In this document: positions 9,553 through 20,348 of the stretch, one piece after another
How the letters are laid out: every line of letters starts with the position of its first letter
Numbering within the stretch: position 1 is the stretch's first letter
Source of the DNA: an uncultured cyanobacterium
Lineage (GTDB): Bacteria > Cyanobacteriota > Cyanobacteriia > Cyanobacteriales > CAWCAG01
Assembly: GCA_963793425.1 (NCBI GenBank)
Contig: CAWCAG010000001.1
Coordinates: 320,001-384,000, forward strand
Length of the DNA: 64,000 nucleotides
Direction of reading: 5' to 3'
The notes under the pieces: generated by a model
The model's database searches: none
Told to the model about the DNA's origin: nothing
Seen by the model: only the letters and a program-made list of their open reading frames with translations
Translations under genes and position numbers: made by a program

Positions 9553-12009
9553 ATGAAGTTCTGGAAACAGCCTTTAACCACTAAAGTTGCCATCTCCTTC
9601 CTGTTCCTTTCCCTCTTAACTGTAGGCATCGTGGGAGGGGTAGCTCATATTCGGGCCAGGGAGGCTCTCAAAAAGGCTGCCTTTGATCGGCTTAATGTTA
9701 CAGCAAGACTCAAAGAAAAAGAAATCGCCCGTTGGTTTGAAAATCAGCAACGAGATTTTCTTTTAACTACCCAATTTCCTGACGTACAAAAAAACCTACA
9801 AATACTTACCAGCCCCACCAACTCCAAAGCCCAACAACAAGATGCTTATGGGTTACTCTCAAAATACTTAACTCAAGTAATTGAATTTAAACCTAACTTC
9901 AGAAAAATTTCCCTCCTCAACCGCAGCAACCAAATCATTCTCTCCACCAAAAAAGCCAACGAAGGTAACTACGAAATTGGTACTAATTTAACTTATATAG
10001 AAGAAGTTGAATCAGGAGATACCTTTGCACCCATCTTCTATGTTTCCCCGATGACAGGTAAACCTGCCGTTACCTTAGCTACACCTTTGCGGAATAGGGC
10101 TGGGGATCGCCAAGGGATGATTTTAACAGAACTTAACCTCGAACAAATTGACGGCATCGTTAGAGAAAGCATGGGCTTAGGAGAAAGCGGAGAAACATAC
10201 TTAGTTGGTTCATTAGTCACCAAAAATGTCTTTATCTCCAAAGCCAACTCTCCTAATCCTAATCAACAAACCTCTGAAGGCATAACCAGTCAAGGGATTG
10301 ATCGGGCAATGAGTGGCGAAAGTGGTACTCAATTGTATCGCAATTATGCAGGAGTTCCAGTAATTGGGGTTTATCGCTGGTTAAATGACCAAGATATCGC
10401 CTTGTTGGTAGAAATGGAACAGGAAGAAGCCTTTGCCCCAGCCAGACAACTTGCTGCTACCATTGTCTTGGTTGCCTTAGCTGCGGCCGCAATTTTATTA
10501 GTAGGAGTTTATTGGTTATCACGCCAGTTAACCCTTTCTCGTCAGCAACTAGAAATCAAAGCCCAAGAAGCAGATACTGCTAACCAAGCAAAAAGTGAAT
10601 TCTTAGCTAATATGAGTCATGAGTTGCGTACTCCCCTCAATGCTATTCTTGGTTTTGCCCAACTGCTAGATCGCGATACTAGCTTAAGTTCTCAACAAAA
10701 AAAGTTTTTAGCTACCATTAACCGTAGTGGGGAACATCTCCTCGATTTAATTAATGATGTGCTACAAATGTCGAAAATCGAGGCGGGAAGGACTGTTCTC
10801 ACCCCCGATGTTTTTGACTTACATAGTCTTTTGCAAACTCTGCATACGATGTTTCAAGTTCGGGCTGCAGCAAAAGGACTTACCCTCAACTTCCATTTAG
10901 ATCCTGATTTACCCCAATATATTCTCACCGATGAAGGTAAGCTGCGGCAGGTACTAATCAACCTGTTAAGCAATGCCATTAAATTCACTCCAGCAGGAAG
11001 CGTAACCTTAAAAGCAAAGGGTAAACAATGGCAAAAACCCCCTGCCTATCCCCTCACTTCCTTACCTCCTCAACCCCAAAATTTCCGCCTCTCCTTCTCC
11101 CTTGAAGATACGGGCATTGGCATCGCCCCAGAAGAACTAAACCAGCTTTTTCGCCCTTTCGTACAAACAGCTAGCGGTGTTAAAAGCCCAGGTGGTACAG
11201 GCTTAGGGTTAACCATTAGCCGTAAATTTATTCAACTAATGGGGGGAGATATCCAAGTTCAGAGTACCTTGGGAAAAGGGTCTAGCTTCCACTTCACCAT
11301 CAAAGTTACTTTAGCTCAACCAACAGTTAATACAGAACTTGCCCCAGAAAGGAGAGTCTTGAAAATTGCTCCTCACCAACCAACTTACCGCTTATTGGTT
11401 GCAGATGATAAAGAAGAGAATCGTAACCTTTTAGTGCAATTACTGCAAACCGTCGGTTTTCAAACCCGCATTGCCACCAATGGCTCTGAAGCGATCGCCC
11501 AATGGCAGACATGGAAGCCTGATTTAATTTGGATGGATATGCGGATGCCCATAGTAGATGGTTATGAGGCAACCAAGAAAATTAAGCTACAGGCAACTTC
11601 TTCCGGACAAAAAGCTAAAATCATTGCCCTTACTGCCGCAGTTTTTGCTGAACAACAGGAGAAAATTTTTAAGGCTGGTTGCGATGATATTGTCTGCAAA
11701 CCTTTCCGAGAACAAATTATTTTTGAAAAAATAGCTCAACATATAGGAGTTAAATATATCTATGAAGGGGAATCCCAAGGTTCATTGAAAGAAGCAAAAC
11801 CAACTACCTTAAACTATGAAAACTTAAAAGTAATGCCCCAAAAATGGCAAGAAAGACTCCATCAAGCAGCGGTTGAAGTGGATGGAGAGGCAATTACCCA
11901 GCTAATTAAGCAAATTCCTTCTCACCGGGAGTCTCTAGCTACAGGGCTAGCACAATTAAATCGCAGTTATGATTTTGATGGGATTATCGAATTGTTGGAA
12001 GCCAATTAA
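9553..12009 (+). CDS. Hybrid sensor histidine kinase (TM-Cache-TM-HisKA-HATPase-REC)
   Basis: FLANMSHELRTPLN, NLLSNAIKFT, DTGIG, GGTGLGL, REC with WMDMRMP. Confidence 0.92.
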   Translation: MKFWKQPLTTKVAISFLFLSLLTVGIVGGVAHIRAREALKKAAFDRLNVTARLKEKEIARWFENQQRDFLLTTQFPDVQKNLQILTSPTNSKAQQQDAYGLLSKYLTQVIEFKPNFRKISLLNRSNQIILSTKKANEGNYEIGTNLTYIEEVESGDTFAPIFYVSPMTGKPAVTLATPLRNRAGDRQGMILTELNLEQIDGIVRESMGLGESGETYLVGSLVTKNVFISKANSPNPNQQTSEGITSQGIDRAMSGESGTQLYRNYAGVPVIGVYRWLNDQDIALLVEMEQEEAFAPARQLAATIVLVALAAAAILLVGVYWLSRQLTLSRQQLEIKAQEADTANQAKSEFLANMSHELRTPLNAILGFAQLLDRDTSLSSQQKKFLATINRSGEHLLDLINDVLQMSKIEAGRTVLTPDVFDLHSLLQTLHTMFQVRAAAKGLTLNFHLDPDLPQYILTDEGKLRQVLINLLSNAIKFTPAGSVTLKAKGKQWQKPPAYPLTSLPPQPQNFRLSFSLEDTGIGIAPEELNQLFRPFVQTASGVKSPGGTGLGLTISRKFIQLMGGDIQVQSTLGKGSSFHFTIKVTLAQPTVNTELAPERRVLKIAPHQPTYRLLVADDKEENRNLLVQLLQTVGFQTRIATNGSEAIAQWQTWKPDLIWMDMRMPIVDGYEATKKIKLQATSSGQKAKIIALTAAVFAEQQEKIFKAGCDDIVCKPFREQIIFEKIAQHIGVKYIYEGESQGSLKEAKPTTLNYENLKVMPQKWQERLHQAAVEVDGEAITQLIKQIPSHRESLATGLAQLNRSYDFDGIIELLEAN

Positions 12010-12169
12010 GTTACAAACAACCTTTGCTCGACTTAGACTCCATATTTATACATTACACTTAATGTTTAAATAGCCAGAAAATGCGTCAATTATTGAGGTT
12101 ATGATTGATAAATCATCTACTATTTAGTTAATCTCTTTTTGTTTTGAATAAAGAGAAAAAATCCAAGTA

Positions 12170-13102
12170 ATGAAAACATCCCAAAATCCATCTCAATGGC
12201 AAGTAATAATAATCCTTTGTATTGGCGTATTATCTATCTCCACAGCCGCCATTTTTATTCGTTTAGCCATTGAAACTGTCCAAATAAGAGGGGTCGGGTT
12301 TAGTCTTTTTATTGCCGCTTCTCGCCTCACCTTAGCTTCTTTGGTACTAATTCCCACTATCCCTTTCTCAAAGCAAAAAACCATCCCAAAAAAAGAATTT
12401 TATTATGCTACGGCTGCGGGAATTTGTTTGGCTTTACACTTTGCTACTTGGATTACTTCTCTGTCTTTTACCTCTATAGCTGCTTCCACAACTTTAGTAA
12501 CCACAAATCCGATTTGGGTAGCTTTATTTTCTTGGTTTTGGTATCAAGTCAAACCCCACAAATTGACCATTATTGGTATTGGAATTGCTTTATTAGGAAG
12601 TATGATCATTGTCGGTGGTGATACAGGGGAAACAGAGGTTAGTACAAATCCTTTATTAGGCAACTTCTTAGCTTTGATAGGGGCTTGGATGGCAAGTCTT
12701 TACTTAATTTTAGCCCGCCAAGCCCAAAACGAAAGTCTTAGTACCCAAAGTTATGTAACCATCGTTTATAGCACAGCCGCAGTAATACTTTTGCCTTTAC
12801 CTTTACTATTCGGAACAAGCTACTTCGGTTATCCAGGCGACGTGTATCTCTACATTTTATTAATGGCGATCTTATCTCAAGTAGTAGGCCACACTAGCTT
12901 AAATTGGGCAGTACGCTGGCTTTCTCCGACTTTAGTAACTTTAGCAATTCTCCTCGAACCCATCGGCTCAAGTTTAATGGGATTTATTGTTTTTGGTGAA
13001 ATCCCTCATAACCTAGTCCTGTTGGGGGCTGGAGTGGTATTAATGGGAGTAGCTTTAGCTATTTTTGGTGTCACAGAAGCAGGGCAAAAAAATTATCCTT
13101 AA
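12170..13102 (+). CDS. DMT/EamA-family transporter
   Basis: About 10 hydrophobic segments; HFATWITSL, LVTTNPIW, GHTSLNWA, LLEPI. Confidence 0.9.
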   Translation: MKTSQNPSQWQVIIILCIGVLSISTAAIFIRLAIETVQIRGVGFSLFIAASRLTLASLVLIPTIPFSKQKTIPKKEFYYATAAGICLALHFATWITSLSFTSIAASTTLVTTNPIWVALFSWFWYQVKPHKLTIIGIGIALLGSMIIVGGDTGETEVSTNPLLGNFLALIGAWMASLYLILARQAQNESLSTQSYVTIVYSTAAVILLPLPLLFGTSYFGYPGDVYLYILLMAILSQVVGHTSLNWAVRWLSPTLVTLAILLEPIGSSLMGFIVFGEIPHNLVLLGAGVVLMGVALAIFGVTEAGQKNYP

Positions 13103-13173
13103 CCAGAAGAATTTGGTTAAAGTCCCACATCGGGTAATAATTAAAAAGATTGGTTGGTAAAAGGAATCATTGC

Positions 13174-14103
13174 ATGGTAACGACGGACGGACGGCCGGCC
13201 TCCTCAAAAACTCCCTCAGTCTTTGATGTTAAGGGTTATTTACAAGAGCAAAAACAGATTGTTAATCAAGCTTTAGACTGCTCCCTATCTGTTACTGAGC
13301 CGGTAAAAATTTATGAAGCAATGCGCTACTCGCTGTTAGCGGGAGGAAAGCGCCTGCGTCCTATTCTTTGTCTGGCTACTTGTAACATGATGGGAGGAAC
13401 ATCAGAAATGGCTATGCCCACTGCTTGCGCCTTAGAAATGATCCATACCATGTCCTTAATCCATGATGATCTTCCTGCCATGGATGACGACGATTATCGC
13501 CGGGGTAAGTTGACAAATCACAAAGTTTATGGTGAAGATATCGCCATCTTAGCAGGGGACGGTTTGCTCTCCTATGCTTTTGAATATATTGCTACTCAAA
13601 CCACAGGTGTAGAAGCATCCCAAATTCTCCAAGTAGTTGCTCATTTAGCCCGTGCCGTAGGCGCAGCAGGTTTAGTGGGTGGGCAAGTTATGGACTTGGA
13701 GTCAGAAGGAAAGTCAGATATTTCCTTAGATACCCTCAAATATATTCATACCCATAAAACCGGTGCTTTATTAGAAGCTTGCGTAATTTGCGGGGCTACC
13801 TTAGCGAAAGCTTCTTCGCAAGATCGGCAAAGACTTTCTAACTACGCTCGTAATATTGGCTTAGCATTTCAGATTATTGATGATATCTTAGACATCACAG
13901 CAACCAAAGAGGAACTAGGCAAAACTGCGGGTAAAGATATTCAATCTCAAAAAGCTACCTATCCTAGTTTATGGGGATTAGAAGAATCAAAAAGACAGGC
14001 CCAAAAGTTAATTGATCAGGCCATTGTTGAATTGGAACCCTATGGGAAAAAAGCTTTGCCGTTACAGGCGATCGCTAAATTTATTACCGCTCGTAAAAAC
14101 TAA
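13174..14103 (+). CDS. crtE: Geranylgeranyl diphosphate synthase
   Basis: [41 protein letters not shown]. Confidence 0.95.
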   Translation: MVTTDGRPASSKTPSVFDVKGYLQEQKQIVNQALDCSLSVTEPVKIYEAMRYSLLAGGKRLRPILCLATCNMMGGTSEMAMPTACALEMIHTMSLIHDDLPAMDDDDYRRGKLTNHKVYGEDIAILAGDGLLSYAFEYIATQTTGVEASQILQVVAHLARAVGAAGLVGGQVMDLESEGKSDISLDTLKYIHTHKTGALLEACVICGATLAKASSQDRQRLSNYARNIGLAFQIIDDILDITATKEELGKTAGKDIQSQKATYPSLWGLEESKRQAQKLIDQAIVELEPYGKKALPLQAIAKFITARKN

Positions 14104-14151
14104 GTTCTTTATTTTTGTTTTGCTGAAATTGCCAATTTTAAATGAGATACC

Positions 14152-14607
14152 ATGCAAGAATTTAACAACATCTTAGACAATAATGTCCTACTGATGGCTG
14201 TCCTTGCTTGTCTGAGCGCTCAAGGATTAAAGTTGGTAATTGAGTGGATTAGACATCGTAAGGTAGATATTAAGTATTTGGTTAGTACAGGAGGGATGCC
14301 TAGCGCCCACTCAGCCCTGGTAGGAGCCTTAGCCACAGGGGTTGGGCAAACGATGGGCTGGTCTAGTCCTGATTTTGCGATCGCTTGTCTTTTTGCGGTA
14401 ATTGTTATGTATGATGCGGCTGGAGTACGCCAAGCCGCTGGAAAACAAGCTCGTATTCTTAATCAAATTATTGATGAATTATTCCAGGAAGATAAAGAAT
14501 TTGATGAAGAAAGGTTAAAAGAGTTATTAGGTCATACTCCTTTCCAAGTTTTGGTTGGTTTGGCTTTAGGAATTGCTATTTCCCTGGTATTAGGAAAGGT
14601 TTGGTAA
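14152..14607 (+). CDS. Divergent PAP2 (DUF212) family membrane protein
   Basis: GGMPSAHSA, VMYDAAGVR, LKELLGHTP; usual position after crtE. Confidence 0.92.
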   Translation: MQEFNNILDNNVLLMAVLACLSAQGLKLVIEWIRHRKVDIKYLVSTGGMPSAHSALVGALATGVGQTMGWSSPDFAIACLFAVIVMYDAAGVRQAAGKQARILNQIIDELFQEDKEFDEERLKELLGHTPFQVLVGLALGIAISLVLGKVW

Positions 14608-14643
14608 TAAGTAAGCAGTCAGGTATTTAGATTATCTTGCTAG

Positions 14644-14673
14644 GGTAGGGAATAGGGAATAGGGAATAGGGAA
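14644..14673 (+). repeat. STRR heptamer array (TAGGGAA)n
   Basis: gtagggaatagggaatagggaatagggaa read directly. Confidence 0.85.
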
Positions 14674-15033
14674 ATGCTACAGATAAAGTTCTTTTAGTTG
14701 ATCTGTGGATAGATATAGTTTTATTGGGGGACTAGTTCCCCCCAAACCCGCATCTCAGGGAAACAAGTGTTTCCCCACACCCTTTCCTAACCGCTTCGCT
14801 CTTCGTTGTTTGTATTTAGCTAGGGTTATTTTAGGTTGATCTATCGTCGTAAATAGACCTCATGATAGGGCGCATTTGTACTTAGGCTCGTTGTTTATAA
14901 AGTTATTTACTAATAAGCTAAGAGCAAATAGCTTGATTCAAATTATATGTAGCGTACTTTTTTCTATTTCATATTAGTTGGCAAGTAAATTGAATAATCT
15001 GCCAGTGAATTGATCTACTACTTCTTATCACCT

Positions 15034-16535
15034 ATGAATAAAAATCTCTCTGTTATTTCTCTTGCTTTCTTTGTTTCTTTTCTTTCTCCCATTACTGCTG
15101 TTGTGGCAAACCCATCTTTAATAGAGGTTGCCCAAGAAAGTGATGCAAATACTGAAGATATTCGCGCTGTGGCTAAGGAAGCTTATCAGGAAGGGTTGCA
15201 GCTTTATCGAGAGGGGACAGCAGAGTCTTTGAGGCAGGCGATTGTTAAATGGGAGGAGGCGCTTAAGCTTTGGCAGCAGGTAGGAGATCAGTCTCAACAA
15301 GCTTTAATCCTCAACAATCTTGGCGCTGTTTACAAGAATTTAGGAGAAAAGCAAGAGGCACTTAATTACTATAACCAAGCTTTACTTCTACGTCGCGCAG
15401 TAGGAGATAGAGGAGGAGAAGCAGTTACTCTCAACAATATTGGTGCTGTTTACAACTCATTGGGAGAAAAACAAAAAGCACTCGATTACTATGACCAAGC
15501 TTTACCTTTATATCGTGCAGTAGGCGATCGCAGAGGAGAAGCAACTACCCTCAACAATATTGCCCTACTTCAATACAGACAAGGCAACCTCGTTGCTGCT
15601 TCCGAAACCATGCAGCAAGCTATTGAAAAAATAGAATTCCTCCGTAACCAAATCCTTAATCCCCAACTGCAAACTTCCTTTTACGAAACCGTTGAATTCT
15701 ACTACGACTTCCACATCAACCTGCTGATGGAATTGCACCAACAAAACCCCACACAAGGATACAACGCCCAAGCACTCCATTACAGCGAAAGAATCCGCGC
15801 CCGTCAACTTCTCACTGAACTTCAGGAAGCCAGTGTAGATATTAAAGAAGGGGTAGATGCAGAACTTTTGGCAGAAGAAAAACAACTTAATCAACAACTT
15901 ACTGCTGCCCTACAAAATCAAGGGCAACTCCTACGGGGTTCCTATAGCAACAAAGATGCAGAAAACCTTAACAACCAAATTAACAATCTCCTTACTAAAC
16001 TAGACCAAGTGGAAGCATCCATTCGCTTACAAAGTCCTGCCTACGCTGCTATTAATCAACCGACTAAATTCACCCTGCAAAGCCAAGAAATTCAACAACT
16101 TCTTGATGATGATACTCTCCTCCTGGAATATTATCTCAGCGAAAAACGCAGTTATCTTTGGGTAATCAGCAAAGACCAAGTTAGCAGTTACGAATTCCCT
16201 CCCCAGGCTGAAATTGAACAACTTGCCCAACAATTCCGCAACGACATTGCTAGCGAAACCGAAAATAACCCAGAATTAGGACAACAACTCAGCAAAATAC
16301 TTCTTGCCCCTGCGGCCCCAGAATTAGGCAAAAAACGCCTTTTAATTGTCGGCGACGGAACCTTAATGATCGTTCAACTTCTGAGTTGATGAGCAAGTTT
16401 TATGAGAAAATGTACCAAGAAAACCTCCAACCTGCTGCGGCTTTGAGAGAGGCACAATTAGAGATGTGGCAAAGTGACGGTGACTGGCAAGATGCTTATC
16501 ATTGGGCAGCTTTCACTGTGCAAGGAGAATGGTAA
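15034..16535 (+). pseudogene. Secreted TPR-CHAT protein with internal deletion of the CHAT core and a frameshift
   Basis: Signal peptide and TPRs (LNNIGAVY...EKQKAL), then the CHAT start (RLLIVGDGTL). It jumps near 16363 to the CHAT C-terminus in another frame (NDRSTSELMSKFYEKM...ALREAQL...YHWAAFTVQGEW*, stop 16533-16535). Confidence 0.85.
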
Positions 16536-16663
16536 TTTCCTTGGATATTGAAGTAAGTTTGAATAATAACGGTAGGATCGGGTTTTGGTAAATATTAATT
16601 AATCTGCCCCTACATTCATATTCCAAAAAAGACTACATTAACTTAGTGCTAATTTAGGGGTTT

Positions 16664-17563
16664 ATGGTGAATAAAGAAGTTATCGGTATTGATTTAGGGG
16701 GAACTGCCATTAAATTGGGGCGGTTTCAAGAAGATGGGACTTGCTTACAGTCTTTGAACATTCCCACCCCCCAACCTTCAACCCCAGAAGCAGTGTTAAA
16801 AGCAATGGTGGCTGGGGTGCAGCAACTTAATTGTCAGCAGCAAGCTGTGGCTATTGGTGTGGGTACTCCTGGCCCTGCGGATGCAGAGGGTAAAGTTGCT
16901 CAGATAGCTATTAACTTAGTAGGTTGGCGGGATGTTCCTTTGGGATATTGGTTGGAGGAAAAAACCGCCTTACCAGCTATTCTTGCTAATGATGCTAACT
17001 GTGCTGGCTTGGGGGAAGCTTGGTTAGGGGCAGGTAAAAAATTTACCAACCTCATCCTCTTAACCTTGGGTACAGGAGTTGGGGGTGCGGTGGTTTTGGA
17101 TGGTAAGCTGTTTACGGGGCGATTAGGGACAGCAGGAGAGTTAGGCTTAATCACTTTAAACCCCGATGGCCCACCTTGCAACAGTGGTAACAATGGTTCT
17201 TTAGAACAATATGTTTCTGTGGCTGCTATTCGGCGACAAACGGGGCAGGAGCCTGGGGAATGGGGAAAAAGGGCTGAAGCAGGAGATCCGGTTGCGTTGG
17301 AGTTTTGGCGCAACTATGGTAAGCTTTTAGGGGCAGGGTTAACCAGTTCCATTTATATTTTAACCCCGGAAGCTGTGGTGATTGGCGGCGGCATAAGTGC
17401 TAGTGCAGAGTTTTTCTTTCCTACTGCTTTGGCAGAGATTGAACGGCGAGTTATGGCTAGTTCCCGCCTTGGTTTGCAGCTTGTTAAGGCAGAGTTAGGT
17501 AATGATGCAGGGATGGCTGGTGCAGCAAAGTTGGCTTGGCAGAAGTTGGTTAATGTTGATTAG
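16664..17563 (+). CDS. ROK-family sugar kinase
   Basis: GIDLGGT, NDANCAGLGE, TLGTGVGG, CNSGNNGSLE. Confidence 0.93.
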   Translation: MVNKEVIGIDLGGTAIKLGRFQEDGTCLQSLNIPTPQPSTPEAVLKAMVAGVQQLNCQQQAVAIGVGTPGPADAEGKVAQIAINLVGWRDVPLGYWLEEKTALPAILANDANCAGLGEAWLGAGKKFTNLILLTLGTGVGGAVVLDGKLFTGRLGTAGELGLITLNPDGPPCNSGNNGSLEQYVSVAAIRRQTGQEPGEWGKRAEAGDPVALEFWRNYGKLLGAGLTSSIYILTPEAVVIGGGISASAEFFFPTALAEIERRVMASSRLGLQLVKAELGNDAGMAGAAKLAWQKLVNVD

Positions 17564-17715
17564 ACTTGTGTTTCATACCAACTCCGGTTCATAAAGTACC
17601 TTAGCTACTATTCAATATCACTTTGCAGCACCGACTATAACTATTTCGCCGCCAATTCTAAAAATATACGCAAACCAGAAACTTTTAATTTCTGCTACGC
17701 TAAGACGCATTTAAG

Positions 17716-18537
17716 CTAAATGCGACAGCTTGTTTTTTTGCTCTTAATACTAAGCATAAGCAAACTAAGTAATGCTAAAGCTAGAGTGATATTAGGCTCA
17801 GGTACGGTTTCTGTTAAAGGAGCTTCGGTGTGAACAAAATTTGGAGTAGGCTCATCTTTATAAGGCGCTGAGAGAGTCGCTAAAGCAAGGGACAAGTCCC
17901 GACTAGTTTCATCAATAAGAAGCTGCAAAATGTCCTCATAGTGACGGGGTTGAGTATCTCTTAAATCTGCCATGAGACTATCTGTGAAAATATTGTCAAC
18001 ATCTGGGTTAACAGCACCGCCTTCATACTCGTCATATAATCCCAACATATGTCCAAATTCATGGGCAGCAATCTCATCGTGGTATTCTTCTCCCCAGCTT
18101 GAAGAAAGATCAAGAAACCAATTAGTCATGTTGGTGTGACCAGCCTCAGCATGAATTGTCACAACTTGGTCAGCATCTTCATTAACAAAGTTTACATCAA
18201 ACAGCAGAGGGTAAGCGAAGTTGCCGTCAATAATGTCATATGTGTTACCCCAGGTATTTTCAATGCCTTCTTCCCAGATATTAACCAAATGCCCTGGATC
18301 ATCACCAATAAGAGCAATATCCAGACTAATTTTCATCATTTGATCGATAAATTCCCATTCATATTGGTAATTCCAACCAAAATCTCCAGAAGTTTTGGAG
18401 CCTGATACAATCTGAGACTGAATATTAGCAATAGGCTCTAAAGATGTACCAATATTAAAATCCGCAGCAACTGCATTGTGGGAAATACCCAAAAGAGAAG
18501 CAGCGACGATGCCGGACAAACTACTGATATTTTTCAT
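17716..18537 (-). CDS. PEP-CTERM zinc-metallopeptidase-like protein
   Basis: Signal peptide; AAHEFGHMLGLYDEY zincin motif; SLM Met-turn-like segment; VPEP-TM-basic tail. Confidence 0.8.
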   Translation of the reverse strand: MKNISSLSGIVAASLLGISHNAVAADFNIGTSLEPIANIQSQIVSGSKTSGDFGWNYQYEWEFIDQMMKISLDIALIGDDPGHLVNIWEEGIENTWGNTYDIIDGNFAYPLLFDVNFVNEDADQVVTIHAEAGHTNMTNWFLDLSSSWGEEYHDEIAAHEFGHMLGLYDEYEGGAVNPDVDNIFTDSLMADLRDTQPRHYEDILQLLIDETSRDLSLALATLSAPYKDEPTPNFVHTEAPLTETVPEPNITLALALLSLLMLSIKSKKTSCRI

Positions 18538-18643
18538 ACAAAAACTTCTTATTGGCAGTGTTGACTTATAGATATTTCACCGCCAACCTTGAAAAAATAC
18601 GCAAACTAGCAAAATTTTGTTTTATTGACCCGTAGATGAATTT

Positions 18644-20218
18644 TTATGAATCTTTCTGAAAAAGCCATTGCCAAATTTTAATTACCCTCTCTTCTAACCA
18701 AGCCAAACCCTGATCAAGGAAATCGAGGATAGCTTCTAAGGGGTGTTTAACGTAGCCGACATGAATTCCTTCGGTTTCAATCCAATCAAAAACCGGATCT
18801 AGTTGTTCTTGATTTGAAGTTGCTGCGGCTGTTGCTGGGGTGAAAGTGGTGATGGTTTGGCTAGTTTGTTTAGGTTTGCTTAAACCTGCATTTTTTGAAG
18901 AGAGACGGTTTTTTACTGAACTTCTTCGGGGGTTTTTGGTGGTGCGAGGTTGGCGATTCCATCCTGTTAGTTGAGAGGGGGAAACGAGAGATTCCTCTTC
19001 AGTAATTTCTGCATCTAAGGTATTACCGTACAAGTCACTCCAACTTAACCAAGGATCTGGTTCTAATTCTGGTTTTGTTTGGGGAGTGGGTTGGAAAGGA
19101 GAGAATTTAATTAAGGCGCTTTGTTGCCATAAATTTAATTGTGTTTGCCAAATATCCTTCAGTTTTGTAGGTAAAGAAAAGAAATAATTTCCTGATAATT
19201 CTTCATTTGGGCTAGATTGATTTGCTAGTTTGTGAGAAGTGGTTTTTCCGCCAAAAAAGTATTGGATTGCTGCGGTAATTAAGGCTTTAATTTGCCCCGG
19301 TTGCTGCTGAGAGTTGGGATCATAATTACTTAAGCCTACTTTAAAATTATGCAACTTTCCTCCCCAACTTTCTCTTATTCCAGAAACCACTTTTGCTATG
19401 GGAACTAACCCATTATTTTCTAAGTTAGCAACAACTAAATCAAGATTAGTTAGACTTTCTGGAGATAGTATCAATTGGTTAAAAAGATTTACTGTGGGGG
19501 CAGGAGTTAAGGAAGGGACAGTATGCTTAAGGAAAACCGCTTCTTGAAAAAGATTAATTGCTGTGGCGACGGGGCTAGTTTGCACCCAGTGCATTAAATG
19601 CCAAAATAAGCGAATGGGAGCAAGAATTTGCGTTTTCTCTCTGGGTTGAATTGGTGCATACCCTTTTGAATTAGCACTTTGCAACAAGTGTATATGGCGG
19701 CGATAGTTGGCAATTTCCCAAGCAATACGTTGCTGAAGTTTCTGTTGCTGCTGGGGGGTGAGGATATCGATTATTTCATTGCTATTGCTAATTAATACTA
19801 AGTTACGGCAGTCCAACAGAGTTGCTACTCCTTGAATAGTTATTTTAGTTTTGGTGAGAGTTGTTTCTCTTACTTGTACAGTTTGAGGAGATTGGTTAAC
19901 AATTTTCCCTGGTGGATTTAAAAGAGGTTTAATCTCTTGCAACAAATTTAGAATTGGTGTCGAAGGAATTATCTTTTCTTCAGTAGTCTCCGGTTGAGAA
20001 GAATCTGCTTCTTTGACAGCTTGGCTAAATTTGCGTCCCGTTGCCCGTCCACTTTGCACCAATAGGTAAAGAGGATAAAGTAAAATCTGCCCTCCCCAAG
20101 TCGCTGCCACCTTGAGGTTACGCAAACCACGCCCAATGGAATCGCCCCAACGCAGAGATTGCCGATTAATAAAGTTGAATAATCGGCTTTTATAGGGGCC
20201 AAAGGATGCAGAGGACAT
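18644..20218 (-). CDS. Conserved cyanobacterial hypothetical protein
   Basis: 524-aa ORF; PYKSRLFNF start, WIETEGIHVGYVKHPLE near the end; no function recognised. Confidence 0.75.
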   Translation of the reverse strand: MSSASFGPYKSRLFNFINRQSLRWGDSIGRGLRNLKVAATWGGQILLYPLYLLVQSGRATGRKFSQAVKEADSSQPETTEEKIIPSTPILNLLQEIKPLLNPPGKIVNQSPQTVQVRETTLTKTKITIQGVATLLDCRNLVLISNSNEIIDILTPQQQQKLQQRIAWEIANYRRHIHLLQSANSKGYAPIQPREKTQILAPIRLFWHLMHWVQTSPVATAINLFQEAVFLKHTVPSLTPAPTVNLFNQLILSPESLTNLDLVVANLENNGLVPIAKVVSGIRESWGGKLHNFKVGLSNYDPNSQQQPGQIKALITAAIQYFFGGKTTSHKLANQSSPNEELSGNYFFSLPTKLKDIWQTQLNLWQQSALIKFSPFQPTPQTKPELEPDPWLSWSDLYGNTLDAEITEEESLVSPSQLTGWNRQPRTTKNPRRSSVKNRLSSKNAGLSKPKQTSQTITTFTPATAAATSNQEQLDPVFDWIETEGIHVGYVKHPLEAILDFLDQGLAWLEERVIKIWQWLFQKDS

Positions 20219-20348
20219 TTGCTTAAGGGAATGGTTGAGGATAACTTTTATTTTATCTGGTTAGTTGTCAAAAGTAGCAGTTATTTCCAAACCTCTGATC
20301 ATTGAACATTAAACATTAAACATTGAACATTTTAGCCCTCGACATAGA

